From an uncultured Gammaproteobacteria bacterium (lineage in GTDB: Bacteria; Patescibacteriota; Microgenomatia; UBA10105; UBA927), in assembly GCA_964356315.1 (NCBI GenBank), contig CAYHHA010000002.1, forward strand, positions 3,824 to 67,823: a stretch of 64,000 nt of DNA. Reading direction: 5' to 3'. Made by a program: the position numbers and the translations under genes. The notes under the pieces are model-generated. The model saw only the letters and a list, made by a program, of their open reading frames with translations. It was not told where the DNA came from and made no database searches. Shown piece by piece: positions 1 through 10,946 of the stretch. The stretch's first letter is position 1, and each line of letters begins with the position of its first letter.

Positions 1-968
1 CGACCTATATGGAGCTTAAAACTGGCAAAGGAAAAATTTTCCCATCGATTGATCATGCAAAAACTATACGGGATATGTTGGTGGAATACCTAAAATTTCT
101 GAAGGTCGATATGATCTGCAATAGTCATGTGGATTCTTTAGCCTATTCAACTCTATGGACTGTTCAAGCAAAAGAGATCTCGTATACTGCGAATGTTGTT
201 ATCCTTTCCGCTGGTGGTAAAACGTATCCAGCTCTTGGGTCTGATGGATCAGGATATACACTCGCGTCGTCTCTCGGGCATACCATCGTGGATCCTGTGG
301 TAAGCGCTGTGCCTATTGTGTCAAAAAATATATTGTCACATTTCCTGCAGGGAGAAAAAATGGACATGCGGGCAACTGCCTATATAGATGGAAATAAAAT
401 TTCGGAAGCACGCGGGGATGTGATGTTTACGCAGTATGGGTTTTCTGGTCCTGCAATTTTTGACATAAGTCGTGATTTTTCTATTCGCATCAATCGAGAA
501 CAGGGTAGCGGGTGTCGGGTACATTTGTGCTTTTTTCCCGATGAAACTCCTGTGACGCTTCGAGCGATCCTTGATAAAAAATGGAATGCCTTTCCATCGT
601 ATGCCGTTTCCGCAAGTCTCTGGGGACTGGTAACACAAAAAACTGCAGGTGGAATATGTGCGACGCTTAAATTTCCCAAAGAAAAATATTGTGCAGACCT
701 AACGGAAGAAGAAAAACAGTCAATCATACACCTGCTTATGGACTTTTCATCTGATGTAGAGGGAACTCGCGGGTGGAATGAAGGGGAATTTGCTGCAGGG
801 GGAGTGAATACTTCTGAGATAGATCCAAACACTATGCGGTCGACTATTCAACCGAAATTGGGATTTGCAGGAGAGCTTGTCGATGTGGATGGGGCAGTAG
901 GTGGATTTAATTTATCTTGGAGTTGGGCATCTGGATGGATCGCCGGAAAGAACGCGGGTTCGATATGA
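1..968 (+). CDS. HI0933/YhiN-like FAD-dependent flavoprotein (BaiN/aminoacetone-oxidase family); 5' end cut by the window edge
   Basis: C-terminal signature of the HI0933 family: GGVNTSEIDPNTMRSTIQPKLGFAGELVDVDGAVGGFNLSWSWASGWIAG. The ORF is open to the window start. Confidence 0.7.
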   Translation, partial: TYMELKTGKGKIFPSIDHAKTIRDMLVEYLKFLKVDMICNSHVDSLAYSTLWTVQAKEISYTANVVILSAGGKTYPALGSDGSGYTLASSLGHTIVDPVVSAVPIVSKNILSHFLQGEKMDMRATAYIDGNKISEARGDVMFTQYGFSGPAIFDISRDFSIRINREQGSGCRVHLCFFPDETPVTLRAILDKKWNAFPSYAVSASLWGLVTQKTAGGICATLKFPKEKYCADLTEEEKQSIIHLLMDFSSDVEGTRGWNEGEFAAGGVNTSEIDPNTMRSTIQPKLGFAGELVDVDGAVGGFNLSWSWASGWIAGKNAGSI

Positions 969-1435
969 TTACCTGCAGATTTGAAAAAGGGTATGATGCA
1001 CTCTTGCGCCACTTGGTGGTGCATGCGATTGTGGAAAAAGAGAATGGAATTTTGCTGGTAAAGCGTACGGGGGATTTGTTGGAAAGCGGAAAATGGGGAT
1101 TGCCTGGTGGGTATCTGGACCGCGATGAAACGGCACAGGAGGGTGCGCTTCGAGAACTGAGGGAAGAAACAGGATGGGATGGTGAGATTATTTCTCTTTT
1201 CCGTATTAATACCAATCCAAATCGGCCCCACGAGGATAGACAAAATGTTTCGTTTGATTTTTTAATCCGGCCAACGACACTGTCAGGACTTCCTGATGCT
1301 GAATCGTCTCGTGTAGAATTTATCCCATTTGAAAAATTATACAGTGCCGAGAAGCTCGCCTTCGATCACGGAGAGACGATAGAACGATATTTAAAATATC
1401 GAAAAGAAAAATTTTCTCTCCCTTTGGTAGAATAA
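965..1435 (+). CDS. NUDIX hydrolase
   Basis: Nudix box GGYLDRDETAQEGALRELREETGW (Gx5Ex7REUxEExGU). ATG at 965 overlaps the upstream stop (ATGA); the ORF track's earlier start at 917 would overlap the upstream gene by 52 nt. Confidence 0.8.
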   Translation: MITCRFEKGYDALLRHLVVHAIVEKENGILLVKRTGDLLESGKWGLPGGYLDRDETAQEGALRELREETGWDGEIISLFRINTNPNRPHEDRQNVSFDFLIRPTTLSGLPDAESSRVEFIPFEKLYSAEKLAFDHGETIERYLKYRKEKFSLPLVE

Positions 1436-1441
1436 GTCTAT

Positions 1442-2062
1442 ATGAAATTTATTGATGTGTCTCATGCCTTTGTCGATAATATGCCAGTATTTCCTGGTGA
1501 TCCATTGACCTCGCTTAAACAAATTACGACCATTGAAAAAAACGGGTATACCGATCACCAACTAACTTCTGTGATGCATGTTGGGACGCATATGGACTCG
1601 CCACTTCATATGATAGAGGGCGGTAAATATATGGATGAATATCCACCGGAAAAATTTGTGGGTCCTGGGGTGATAGTGAATGTCTATAAAAAATCAGTTA
1701 TTGATATTGATGCGCTTCAAGGACTTTCGATTGCACGTGGGTCTATCGTATTTCTCTATACAGGGATGTCAGAAGTGTATGGAACAGAAAGTTATAATAG
1801 TGAGTATCCAAGAATTACTGAAAACTTTGCTCAAAAGCTCGTAGATATGGGTGTCAGTATAGTCGGAATGGATATGCTTAATCCTGATAAAGAGGAATCG
1901 TTTCCTATCCATAAAATCCTCTTGTCCAATGACGTACTTATTATAGAAAATCTCACGAATCTGGGAGCGCTTGCTAGTATTCCGTCTTTTGGTGTATTTG
2001 CTTTCCCTGTGAAACTTCACGCTGAGGCGGCCCCAGTGCGAGTGGTTGTAGAAATTCTATAA
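1442..2062 (+). CDS. cyclase-family protein (kynurenine formamidase-like, PF04199)
   Basis: HxGTHxDxPxH metal-binding motif (HVGTHMDSPLHM). About 200 aa, typical of cyclase/arylformamidase proteins. Confidence 0.7.
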   Translation: MKFIDVSHAFVDNMPVFPGDPLTSLKQITTIEKNGYTDHQLTSVMHVGTHMDSPLHMIEGGKYMDEYPPEKFVGPGVIVNVYKKSVIDIDALQGLSIARGSIVFLYTGMSEVYGTESYNSEYPRITENFAQKLVDMGVSIVGMDMLNPDKEESFPIHKILLSNDVLIIENLTNLGALASIPSFGVFAFPVKLHAEAAPVRVVVEIL

Positions 2063-2126
2063 TAGTATTTTTAGAAAGGAGAGGTTCGCGTTTTTATATT
2101 TTTTCTGCTATTCTTCCTGTGCATAT

Positions 2127-3941
2127 ATGACAGATATCGATGACGTCAAATCAAGGCTAAATATCGTAGATATTATTGGCAAACATGTGAAGCTTAAAAA
2201 AGCCGGGAGAAATTTCAAAGGCTTGTGTCCATTTCATGGAGAAAAATCCCCTTCGTTTGTAGTGTCTCCGGATCGTCAGATTTTCCACTGCTTCGGATGT
2301 CAAAAGGGCGGAACAATTTTTGATTTCGTCATGGAATATCACCATATAGACTTTGCGGAGGCACTCGAAGATTTGGCAAACACCGCAGGGGTAACACTGA
2401 CACGAAAATATTCTGACTCAAAAGACTCGGGGATAAAGCAAAAAATACTAGAAGCAAATCACTTGGCAAGCGAATATTTTCACTATATATTAACGAAACA
2501 TGATTTAGGAAAGCGTGGACTTGAGTACCTGCGAGGGAGAGAGATTTCCGATAAATCTATAAAAACATTTTCACTCGGGTATAGCCCTAACAGCTGGGAA
2601 GGGCTCTATAAATTTTTACGAAAAAAAGGATATGAAGATGAACTATTGGAAAAAGCGGGCCTTGTTATCCGACGTCAGGGATCAAGCGGATATTATGATC
2701 GGTTTCGCGGAAGAGTCATGTTTACGCTCAAGGATCATCGGGGAAGTGTTGTCGGATTTGCTGGAAGAATTTTAGAAGGAGACGAGAAAGATGCAAAATA
2801 TATAAATACCTCTGAAACTCCTGTGTATATAAAAAGTAATATCCTCTATGCGCTGGATGTTACCAAAGGCACCATCCAAAAAGAAAATGAAGCAATAATA
2901 ATGGAGGGTGAATTGGATGTGATTTCCTCTTTTCAAGCGGGTATCGGAAATGCTGTGGCAATCAAAGGATCGGCGCTGACGGAGGGCCATGTTCGATTGT
3001 TGAAACGATTTACTGAGCGAATAGTGTTTGCGCTGGACAGTGATATGGCAGGAGATGCAGCCAATAGACGAGGGATAGAGATCGCAGATCATGCAGGTAT
3101 GGATATGCGCGTCGTAACGCTCCCGATGGGGAAAGATCCAGATGAAGCGGCACGAGAATCTCCGGGACTTTTGAAAAAAGCGATTGCGGACGCCGTGCCA
3201 ATTTATGATTATTTTTTGTCATCTGCATTTAAGCGGTTTGATGCAACGACCGCGTATGGTAAGAAAAAAATCAGCGATGAACTGTTGCCAGTAATCGCAA
3301 AGATAGATAATCCAGTGATACAAAATCACTATATCGGAAAAACAGCAACAATACTTAAAACATCGGAAGATGCACTCATCGAAAGCATGCGACGATTGTC
3401 TCGGGGTGTGAATGCGTTTATCCAAAATGATACGAAAGAAACCACGGATCAGTCTGAGAGAATATCCTCCCGTACGGAAAAATTGGAAGTGTATATCCTT
3501 GCGCTGTTGTTGCAAGGGAAGACCGTCGAGCTGTTTGAAGAACTGCAAGAGCTCGGATTTTTACCTGAATTTTCGCACCCTGCAGTAGTAAAAATTATCG
3601 ATCAGCTCTTGGCTTTTTTGACTCCGGATGAAAATATGCCAGTGACGACGAAAGTATTTTTAATCAAAGATTTTGCTGATTCGTTGCCGAAAGAGTTGTT
3701 GCCGACCCTCGATGAAGCATTTTTGTGGGATGTGGAAGATTTGCTCGATAGCCCAAATGCGTTTATGGAAGAATGGATAAAAACTGTTCGGGAATTTCGG
3801 CGGGTGGTACTGCATAAGCAAATACAAGAGTTGAATAGATTAGGATCTTCGGAACAATTGAGCAAAACAGATGGAGAAGATATCCAGCAAAAACTTCGAA
3901 TGGCCACACTGAAGTTAAAAGAGCTGGAAAATCAGATCTAA
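2127..3941 (+). CDS. dnaG: DNA primase DnaG
   Basis: CHC2 zinc finger [31 protein letters not shown]. Toprim region [27 protein letters not shown]...[12 protein letters not shown]. Sits immediately upstream of rpoD (the classical linkage). Confidence 0.92.
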   Translation: MTDIDDVKSRLNIVDIIGKHVKLKKAGRNFKGLCPFHGEKSPSFVVSPDRQIFHCFGCQKGGTIFDFVMEYHHIDFAEALEDLANTAGVTLTRKYSDSKDSGIKQKILEANHLASEYFHYILTKHDLGKRGLEYLRGREISDKSIKTFSLGYSPNSWEGLYKFLRKKGYEDELLEKAGLVIRRQGSSGYYDRFRGRVMFTLKDHRGSVVGFAGRILEGDEKDAKYINTSETPVYIKSNILYALDVTKGTIQKENEAIIMEGELDVISSFQAGIGNAVAIKGSALTEGHVRLLKRFTERIVFALDSDMAGDAANRRGIEIADHAGMDMRVVTLPMGKDPDEAARESPGLLKKAIADAVPIYDYFLSSAFKRFDATTAYGKKKISDELLPVIAKIDNPVIQNHYIGKTATILKTSEDALIESMRRLSRGVNAFIQNDTKETTDQSERISSRTEKLEVYILALLLQGKTVELFEELQELGFLPEFSHPAVVKIIDQLLAFLTPDENMPVTTKVFLIKDFADSLPKELLPTLDEAFLWDVEDLLDSPNAFMEEWIKTVREFRRVVLHKQIQELNRLGSSEQLSKTDGEDIQQKLRMATLKLKELENQI

Positions 3942-4107
3942 ATCTGCTATAATTTGTGGATTCCAGCTTATGCAGGAATACCAGTGCGGTATATGCTCGA
4001 GATTACTCGTACACCGCATTGGAACAAGCGAAGTCATTTGTTTCTCTTCGATAAAACAGCGCATAACTTTTTTAAACGCGGAAGATGCAAAGACTCACGG
4101 TACTTAT

Positions 4108-5196
4108 ATGGCTAAACAAAAAAACCTCGCTACTGTTGCTGATCTTATCCGTGAAGGTAAAGAAAACGGATTTGTTACTCAGGAAGATATTTTATTCCTT
4201 TTCCCCAAACCAGAAGAACATATCAAAGAGGTCGATGAATTGTGTAATAAATTGATACAAGAGGGTATTGATGTCTTTGAAACCACCACCCAAGATAGCG
4301 ATAAAGAATCTTCAAAAAGCATCGTTGAACTAGAAAAAGAAATTGAAGCACTTGTGAAGGCAAATAGTGAGGGTGTTTCTGATCCTGTGCGCATGTACTT
4401 GAAAGAAATAGGTCGCATACCGCTTTTAACGTTTGCTGATGAAATTTCCCTCGCAAAGCGCTATGAAAAAGGAGATCGAAAAGCAAAGAAGAAACTTATC
4501 GAATCGAACTTGCGTCTCGTTGTATCTATCGCAAAAAAATATATCGGTCGAGGTATGTCACTTCTTGATTTGATTCAGGAAGGAAATCAGGGGCTTATCC
4601 GTGCTGTGGAAAAGTATGATTGGCGAAAAGGGTATAAGTTTTCGACCTACGCTACATGGTGGATTAGACAAGCGATTACCCGCGCTATCGCGGATCAAGC
4701 GCGTACCATCCGCATACCGGTCCATATGGTTGAAACGATCAACCGATTTGTCCGTGCAAGTCGCAGGTTGATGCAGGATTTGGGTCGAGAACCAACTCCA
4801 GAAGAAATTGCAAAAGTTATGGAAGTGGATGTGATGAAAGTCCGAGAGATTATGAAAGTATCTCAGGAGCCAACATCTCTGGAAACACCAGTTGGAGATG
4901 AAGAAGATAGTCATTTGGGTGATTTTATATCTGACCCAGGTCCAACACCATATGAGCAGACCAGTAGACAGCTTTTGAAGGAACATATGGAAGAAGTCTT
5001 AACGACACTTTCTGATCGGGAGAAAAAGGTATTGGTGCTTCGATTTGGACTCGAAGATGGACGACCAAGAACACTTGAAGAGGTTGGGGCACAGTTTGGT
5101 GTCACACGAGAGAGAATTCGACAGATCGAAGCGAAGGCTCTGAGGAAACTTCGACACCCTTCAAGATCCAAGAAATTGAAAGACTATTTGGAATAA
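4108..5196 (+). CDS. rpoD: RNA polymerase primary sigma factor (sigma-70/RpoD family)
   Basis: Region 2: [64 protein letters not shown]. Region 4: [41 protein letters not shown]. Start taken at ATG 4108 (MAKQKNL...). The ORF is open from 3970, so the start is uncertain. Confidence 0.9.
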   Translation: MAKQKNLATVADLIREGKENGFVTQEDILFLFPKPEEHIKEVDELCNKLIQEGIDVFETTTQDSDKESSKSIVELEKEIEALVKANSEGVSDPVRMYLKEIGRIPLLTFADEISLAKRYEKGDRKAKKKLIESNLRLVVSIAKKYIGRGMSLLDLIQEGNQGLIRAVEKYDWRKGYKFSTYATWWIRQAITRAIADQARTIRIPVHMVETINRFVRASRRLMQDLGREPTPEEIAKVMEVDVMKVREIMKVSQEPTSLETPVGDEEDSHLGDFISDPGPTPYEQTSRQLLKEHMEEVLTTLSDREKKVLVLRFGLEDGRPRTLEEVGAQFGVTRERIRQIEAKALRKLRHPSRSKKLKDYLE

Positions 5197-5226
5197 ACTG
5201 CTTTATAGAAAAAGGGTGCTGTTGAG

Positions 5227-5625
5227 TTATGTGGTTGCGACTGGAAGTGGATTGAGGATTTCTTCAATTTTTTCAAGAACTGTTTCTAATGATGAATTGC
5301 TTTTGAGCATGTAGTAGGTTGGTTTTGTTTCCATAACGTCGGATAGTAATTTCCCATCAGGATCTACGTTGGAAAATACGATAACGGGAACATCTTTGCC
5401 CCATGCATCTTCCCTGAGTTTTTTGAGCATCGTCATGCCGTCCATCTCTGGTATAAGCATATCCAAAAGAATTATTCCCGGCCTTGTTTCTAGCGCCTTT
5501 CGAAGGCCTTCGATGCCATTTACCGCAGTATTTGTGGTATATCCTGCAATATCAAGCTTATCTTTAAGCGCAGTTAAAAGAAGCGTATCGTCTTCAACAA
5601 CTAAGACAGTTACCTGATTACTCAT
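5227..5625 (-). CDS. single-domain response regulator (CheY-like receiver only)
   Basis: Receiver motifs VLVVEDD...ILLDMLIPEMDG...VPVIVFS. No output domain. Start taken at MSNQVTVLVVEDD; the longer ORF to 5682 adds a non-conserved N-terminus. Confidence 0.8.
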   Translation of the reverse strand: MSNQVTVLVVEDDTLLLTALKDKLDIAGYTTNTAVNGIEGLRKALETRPGIILLDMLIPEMDGMTMLKKLREDAWGKDVPVIVFSNVDPDGKLLSDVMETKPTYYMLKSNSSLETVLEKIEEILNPLPVATT

Positions 5626-5696
5626 ATAGTTGCTATAGTATACCATATTAAATTTCCTATACTGCATGTTTTTATAAAACACTTTATACTTAATAT

Positions 5697-7826
5697 ATGA
5701 GTACTCAAGGGCCAGATAGTGAACACCAAGATGCTAACACATCAAGTGAACTTAAATTGCTTGCAGAAATCAGCCTTCTTTTGACGGGATCTAAAGAATT
5801 TTCTGAGATTATGCATACGGTGCTGGAAAAAATTGGAAAACATCTGAACGTGAATAGAGTCTACATCTTTGAAGATACTGAAGATGGGATAAAAACAACC
5901 AATACCTACGAATGGTGCAAAGAAGGGACAACACCTCAAATACAAAATCTCCAAAATTTTGCCTACACAGATATCAGCCCATGGAAAGAAACGCTGATTC
6001 AGGATCGAAAGATTATGGCTGATGATATCGCCACTTTACCTTCTAATATCCGCGATATTCTTTCCCCGCAACAAATTCAATCGATATTGGTCTTGCCAAT
6101 ATATGAAAAAGATACGTATAAAGGATTTTTAGGGTTCGATGATACCGAAAAGCATAGAGTGTGGAGAAATATAGATATCTATCTATTGGAGGTTATTTCC
6201 GGAATATACTCACATGTACATAGATCTTACTTTACACAATTGCGCTTGGCTGATGCACTCACAAACCTTCGGAAAAAAGAAGAATATCTCGATTTAGCAG
6301 TGGCCTGTGCGCAGGTAGGCATTTGGGACTGGAATATATCAACGGGAAAAATAAGTCTGAATGACAGTTGGGTAGAGATGCTCGGATACTCTTTGAGCGA
6401 ATTTACCCCACTCACTATAAAAGTATGGGAATCATTGTGTCATCCGGATGATCTGATCCGTTCAAATGAGCTATTGAAGAAGCATTTTGCTCGAGAGTCA
6501 GATATCTACGTTTGCGAAGTGCGAATGAAACATAAAAATGGGCATTGGGCGTGGATATTGGACCAGGGAAAAGTGAGTGGTCGTGATGAGAATGGAAATC
6601 CAGTTCGTATGTCTGGAACTCATCTGGATATTTCTAAGAAAAAAGAAGAGGAAGAGCAATCATCTATCCGGATCGCTGAATTGAAGAAGGTCAATGAATC
6701 TATGATTTCACTCCTATCTGATATTGAGGAAGAAAAAAATAAATCCTTAAAGCTTGTTTATGAATTGGAAAAGTTTAAAATGGCTGTAGAAAATGTCTCT
6801 GATCAAATCATCATCACTGACCCTGAGGGTACAATTCTTTATGCAAATAAATCTACAGAGAGGATAACAGGATATAGCAGAAGTGAAGTATTGGGAAAAA
6901 AAGCCGGACAACTTTGGAGAGACTCAACACCAAAAGAATTTTTTGACCAACTTTGGACCACCATAAAAATAAACAAACAGGAATTTTTTGGTGAACTAAC
7001 TAATAAAAATAAAAATGGAGTTGACTACCAAGCAGAGATATATATTACTCCAGTTTTGGATCTTGGGGGAAATATTTTATATTTTGTAGGAATGGAGCGA
7101 GATATTACTCGTGTAAAAGAAATAGATCGTATGAAGTCTGAATTTATCTCCCTTGCTTCTCATCAGTTAAGAACGCCACTGACTGCGGTAAAATGGTTAA
7201 CCGAGATGCTCATGAGCGAGGAATTGGGGAGCATGAACGAGAAGCAGAAGCTGTCTATCTCCAAAATTGCCAGTAGTAATGAGAGGATGATTAATCTGGT
7301 AAATTCGCTCCTTGATATCTCTCGATTAGAATCTGGGAAATTTGTCCTTGAGACGACGGAAGTGTCAATTAAAGATTTAGCTCTTGATGTTGTGGAAGAA
7401 TTAAAACATGCATTGGAGATTAAAAAACTACATCTAAGTGTTCAGATCGAAGAAGGATTGCCATCTATACGCGTGGATAAGAAATTTATCCGTCAGGTGT
7501 ATATGAATTTATTATCAAACGCATCAAAGTATACGCATGAAGACGGTGAAATTTCCATCAGTATAAAACGAGAAGGTGATACGATTTTATCGGTAGTTAA
7601 AGATACTGGAATTGGCATACCTGTTTCTCAACAGCATAGAATCTACGAGAGATTTTTTCGAGCAGATAACGCGGTAAAAAAATCAGCTGAGGGAAACGGA
7701 CTTGGTCTGTATATAATTCAGCTAATTGTGAAACGCTCTGGGGGCACGTTATCGTTTGTGAGCGAGGAAAATAAAGGAACAGAGTTTTCGTTTACTTTGC
7801 CGATCTCCGAGCCTATTGTTGCGTAG
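5697..7826 (+). CDS. cytoplasmic sensor histidine kinase (GAF + 2 PAS + HisKA + HATPase_c)
   Basis: H-box SHQLRTPLTAVKW, N-box NLLSNASKYT, G1 DTGIGIP, G2 GNGLGLYI. N-terminal GAF-like region and two PAS/PAC-like blocks. No predicted TM segment. Confidence 0.88.
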   Translation: MSTQGPDSEHQDANTSSELKLLAEISLLLTGSKEFSEIMHTVLEKIGKHLNVNRVYIFEDTEDGIKTTNTYEWCKEGTTPQIQNLQNFAYTDISPWKETLIQDRKIMADDIATLPSNIRDILSPQQIQSILVLPIYEKDTYKGFLGFDDTEKHRVWRNIDIYLLEVISGIYSHVHRSYFTQLRLADALTNLRKKEEYLDLAVACAQVGIWDWNISTGKISLNDSWVEMLGYSLSEFTPLTIKVWESLCHPDDLIRSNELLKKHFARESDIYVCEVRMKHKNGHWAWILDQGKVSGRDENGNPVRMSGTHLDISKKKEEEEQSSIRIAELKKVNESMISLLSDIEEEKNKSLKLVYELEKFKMAVENVSDQIIITDPEGTILYANKSTERITGYSRSEVLGKKAGQLWRDSTPKEFFDQLWTTIKINKQEFFGELTNKNKNGVDYQAEIYITPVLDLGGNILYFVGMERDITRVKEIDRMKSEFISLASHQLRTPLTAVKWLTEMLMSEELGSMNEKQKLSISKIASSNERMINLVNSLLDISRLESGKFVLETTEVSIKDLALDVVEELKHALEIKKLHLSVQIEEGLPSIRVDKKFIRQVYMNLLSNASKYTHEDGEISISIKREGDTILSVVKDTGIGIPVSQQHRIYERFFRADNAVKKSAEGNGLGLYIIQLIVKRSGGTLSFVSEENKGTEFSFTLPISEPIVA

Positions 7827-8328
7827 TTGTGTTTATCGGAGTCAGAGGGATTTGGCTTAATTGCTCAGTCACCGCTTTTTCCCCGACATCATTGTTTTCT
7901 ATCTGTATGTAGTTTGTATTTGGTGGTTCAAACTGAGCGCACATAATTCGGAGATAGGGAATGCCTAAATTGAAATATAGCCGCTTCATATATCGCTGTT
8001 CTCTAATAATTTTTTGTGTTTGGATAAGAATAAATATTGCATCTGGGAATGCGGTTTTGAGTTTATCTCGCATAAATGTTTTGAGAAGAGTTTGATGAAC
8101 TACGATATGTGCTGAGATTTTTAGCAGAGAGTTAACAGTTTTGATCAAATTGTGTGTAAACTCTTTTCGCATAGCATCGGTAATTTCCTTTTTTTCAAAA
8201 AGAGCAGTTTTCATGTGTGTAGGTAAATCATCGTCTCCGTTATGAATCGTATATCCAAATGAATTTTTAATTACTTCTGCGACAAATGATTTTCCGGATC
8301 CTGGTAGCCCAAAAATAAAAAGTATCAT
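7813..8328 (-). CDS. P-loop carbohydrate kinase, gluconokinase (GntK)/shikimate-kinase family
   Basis: N-terminal Walker A MILFIFGLPGSGKSFVAE followed by a GntK-like HNGDDDLPTHMK block. Start chosen at the Met immediately before the P-loop; the ORF is open to 8436. Confidence 0.6.
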   Translation of the reverse strand: MILFIFGLPGSGKSFVAEVIKNSFGYTIHNGDDDLPTHMKTALFEKKEITDAMRKEFTHNLIKTVNSLLKISAHIVVHQTLLKTFMRDKLKTAFPDAIFILIQTQKIIREQRYMKRLYFNLGIPYLRIMCAQFEPPNTNYIQIENNDVGEKAVTEQLSQIPLTPINTTTQQ

Positions 8329-8378
8329 GATGCATATTGTACACCAGTGCATCAGTTTAGCCATGATACAATGTGAGC

Positions 8379-9560
8379 ATGTTAAAAAAAATGATTCTTC
8401 TTGCGCTTTGCTTGTGCGTTGGGATATCCATCGCAATTGTTTTCATTAAATCAGGAGGATCTGTGCAACAAACGATTTCTCCTCTCTCAAATGTACAGTC
8501 TCTTCATGTGAAACGCCCCGAAGTAGTAGGATTTTTGCCGTATTGGTTGCTCGGCAAAGCGGATAAACAGTATGAACGATTTATCACCACTCTTACGTAT
8601 TTTGGAATTGCTATAAACGCTGATGGTACGATCATGAAAACAATGAATCCTGGAGAGCTTGAGCCTGGATGGAATAATTTAAATCGGCAGGAAGTTTCGG
8701 CACGACTGGCTGATGCTACAAAAAATAAATTGAAAAAATCATTGCTTATCATTAGCGGTGACGATGAGGTGATACGTGAATTGTTAATAGATCCCGTTAA
8801 GAATGCCAGAGCAATGATGCAAGAGGTTGCTCCAATTATGAGGGATAAAGGATTTACTGATTTGAACTTGGATATTGAAACATTTATGGAGGCTTCAGAC
8901 AGTGACAGGGGAAGGTTTACTGAATTTGTGAAGACGGTTAAAGAAACCATAGTCTCTGAAAAATTAGGCACGCTTACCATAGACCTCATTCCAATTGCGT
9001 TAATGCGACCAAAATTATATGATCCCGTGGAGCTTGGAAAACTTGCAGACAGTGTGGTCCTTATGACGTACGATTACCACTATTCTGGATCTGTGACATC
9101 TGGGGCAGTGGCTCCGATCGGTGGGGCGGGTGAGACAATAGAATTTGATGTGGAATCCTCAGTGAAAGAAGCGTTAAAAGTGATGCCTAAAGAAAAGATT
9201 CTTCTTGGAATTCCTCTCTATGGTTACCAGTGGGAAACGATCAGTGATGCTAGTGAATCCGCAACGATACCTGGAGGATCGTCGACTGCTAGTGTGCGGC
9301 GCATCATGGAAAAATTACGAGTGTGTATTGACTGTAAAACTGGCATCGATCCGTATTCGAAAGAGCCATATCTTATATATAAAGATGGTGATGTGTATAG
9401 CCAAATCTACTATGAAGACGAAACATCGATGAAAGAAAAAATTGCCCTGGCTAAAAAATATTCACTTGGAGGCATCGCCCTGTGGGCTTTGGGATATGAG
9501 GATGATTCATTACTTCGGCCTCTTGAGGAGTATAAAAAATCATTTTCACTGACGTGGTGA
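8379..9560 (+). CDS. glycoside hydrolase family 18 (chitinase-like) with N-terminal signal anchor
   Basis: GH18 catalytic motif FTDLNLDIE (DxxDxDxE) and MTYDYHY. Hydrophobic N-terminus MLKKMILLALCLCVGISIAIVF. Start ATG 8379 (GTG 8373 also possible). Confidence 0.7.
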   Translation: MLKKMILLALCLCVGISIAIVFIKSGGSVQQTISPLSNVQSLHVKRPEVVGFLPYWLLGKADKQYERFITTLTYFGIAINADGTIMKTMNPGELEPGWNNLNRQEVSARLADATKNKLKKSLLIISGDDEVIRELLIDPVKNARAMMQEVAPIMRDKGFTDLNLDIETFMEASDSDRGRFTEFVKTVKETIVSEKLGTLTIDLIPIALMRPKLYDPVELGKLADSVVLMTYDYHYSGSVTSGAVAPIGGAGETIEFDVESSVKEALKVMPKEKILLGIPLYGYQWETISDASESATIPGGSSTASVRRIMEKLRVCIDCKTGIDPYSKEPYLIYKDGDVYSQIYYEDETSMKEKIALAKKYSLGGIALWALGYEDDSLLRPLEEYKKSFSLTW

Positions 9561-10238
9561 AACGATTGTTATCGTCCTACTGGCATCGTCGATGTTTGCT
9601 TGTTTTCCATCTAGGATTGTATAGACGTGCGTGATGTTGTCAGTATCAACAAATGCGACCTTTGCTTCTCCTTTTTCGACACTCACTGAGATGTCTGAAT
9701 CTATAATATTGACGCTAAGTCTTGTTTTAGATGCTTGAATAAGCGTATGCAATGCTCGGATTGCAACTGGACTAGTTGAAGTCATATCATACAGTATTTT
9801 TCCGTTTTTTTGTTGAAAAACCGTGTTTTCAGGAAATATATTTACGAAGACGATTTCAGCATTTTTTCCAATGGAGATGTTGCTCAAATTTGGGATTAGA
9901 ATTGTTGCTTTTCCATCTGCATTTGTTGCAATGGATTCTCCAATAAATATCGTGGCGCTTGGGGTGGCTTCAACAAATATATTTGCATCGCGGGTTTTGT
10001 GAAGTACAGATCCAGTCATTGTCGTCAGTACGCCTTTGAGAGATTGAGCAGGTGGAGCCAATGAGAAGGGTTTAGATGTGTAATTATCTGTTTGCGGATT
10101 TCTCGAATTTTCTTTTACTGGCTCGGAGGTAGATGATATTTTTGTGTTATATACATACAGCGTTGTGACCACTCCGATTGCCATACAGAAGAAGCCCGCA
10201 ATTATCCAACCTATGATCTCAAGAAGTGATGATTTCAT
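9546..10238 (-). CDS. hypothetical membrane-anchored protein (possible FecR-like beta domain)
   Basis: N-terminal TM IIGWIIAGFFCMAIGVVTTLYV. C-terminal beta-rich region ending VEKGEAKVAFVD is weakly FecR-like. No stronger signature. Confidence 0.4.
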   Translation of the reverse strand: MKSSLLEIIGWIIAGFFCMAIGVVTTLYVYNTKISSTSEPVKENSRNPQTDNYTSKPFSLAPPAQSLKGVLTTMTGSVLHKTRDANIFVEATPSATIFIGESIATNADGKATILIPNLSNISIGKNAEIVFVNIFPENTVFQQKNGKILYDMTSTSPVAIRALHTLIQASKTRLSVNIIDSDISVSVEKGEAKVAFVDTDNITHVYTILDGKQANIDDASRTITIVSPRQ

Positions 10239-10307
10239 ATAGAAAATTTTACCATACAACATCTTAAAAAATACGTAAAAAGAGCAAATACGCTCGTGTC
10301 GATTATA

Positions 10308-10946
10308 TCACTGCATTGACAGTGTCGTTTCGTAGGAAAGAAAATTACCACAGTCTACCAATTCTTTTTCGCTTACCTCGTGCCCACTAGGATAGGCTTT
10401 AAATGTTACTTCAGCGCCACGCTTCCTAAGTATGTCAGCTACCAATGCTCCCTGAGTCGGTGTAATAATAGCGTCGCTAGTTCCTATGCTTACGAAGCAT
10501 GTACGTCCCGACAAATCTGGCCCAGGATGGTTTTTGAGAAACGGCATCATTGGGTGCAATAAAAGCACCCGCTTGATATATGACGGATATAATAACAATG
10601 TTGCAAGTAACATGTTTGCACCGTTTGAATATCCTAAAAAAGAAAATGATGAGGGTTCCATCGCATGTTCAATACTCCAAGATCTGATAAATATATGTAA
10701 TTTGAGTGTTTCTGACTTTATACTTTCCTGATCAAAAACACCTACTTCATGCCGTCTAAAAAATCTTGACATGCCATTTTCCCTTATATTACCTTCCAAT
10801 CCCAAAAGATTGTATTGATTCTTTAGTAAGTCATCAAAAAACAACAAGTCGTGTTTATTGCCTCCCGTTCCATGCAATAAAAATATCGTGCGCTTTGCTT
10901 GATTATCTATATATTCATAGTCAAATAAAGTGAGATCGTTAATCAT
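10308..10946 (-). CDS. phospholipase/carboxylesterase-family alpha/beta hydrolase (MhqD-like)
   Basis: FLLHGTGGNKHDL near the N-terminus and nucleophile elbow GYSNGANM (GxSxG). About 210 aa, typical of PF02230. Its start overlaps the upstream dioxygenase stop (ATGA). Confidence 0.7.
   Translation of the reverse strand: MINDLTLFDYEYIDNQAKRTIFLLHGTGGNKHDLLFFDDLLKNQYNLLGLEGNIRENGMSRFFRRHEVGVFDQESIKSETLKLHIFIRSWSIEHAMEPSSFSFLGYSNGANMLLATLLLYPSYIKRVLLLHPMMPFLKNHPGPDLSGRTCFVSIGTSDAIITPTQGALVADILRKRGAEVTFKAYPSGHEVSEKELVDCGNFLSYETTLSMQ

Noticed and set aside
4179-5171. Several minus-strand ORFs inside rpoD
   Set aside because: They are antisense to a highly conserved sigma-70 gene.
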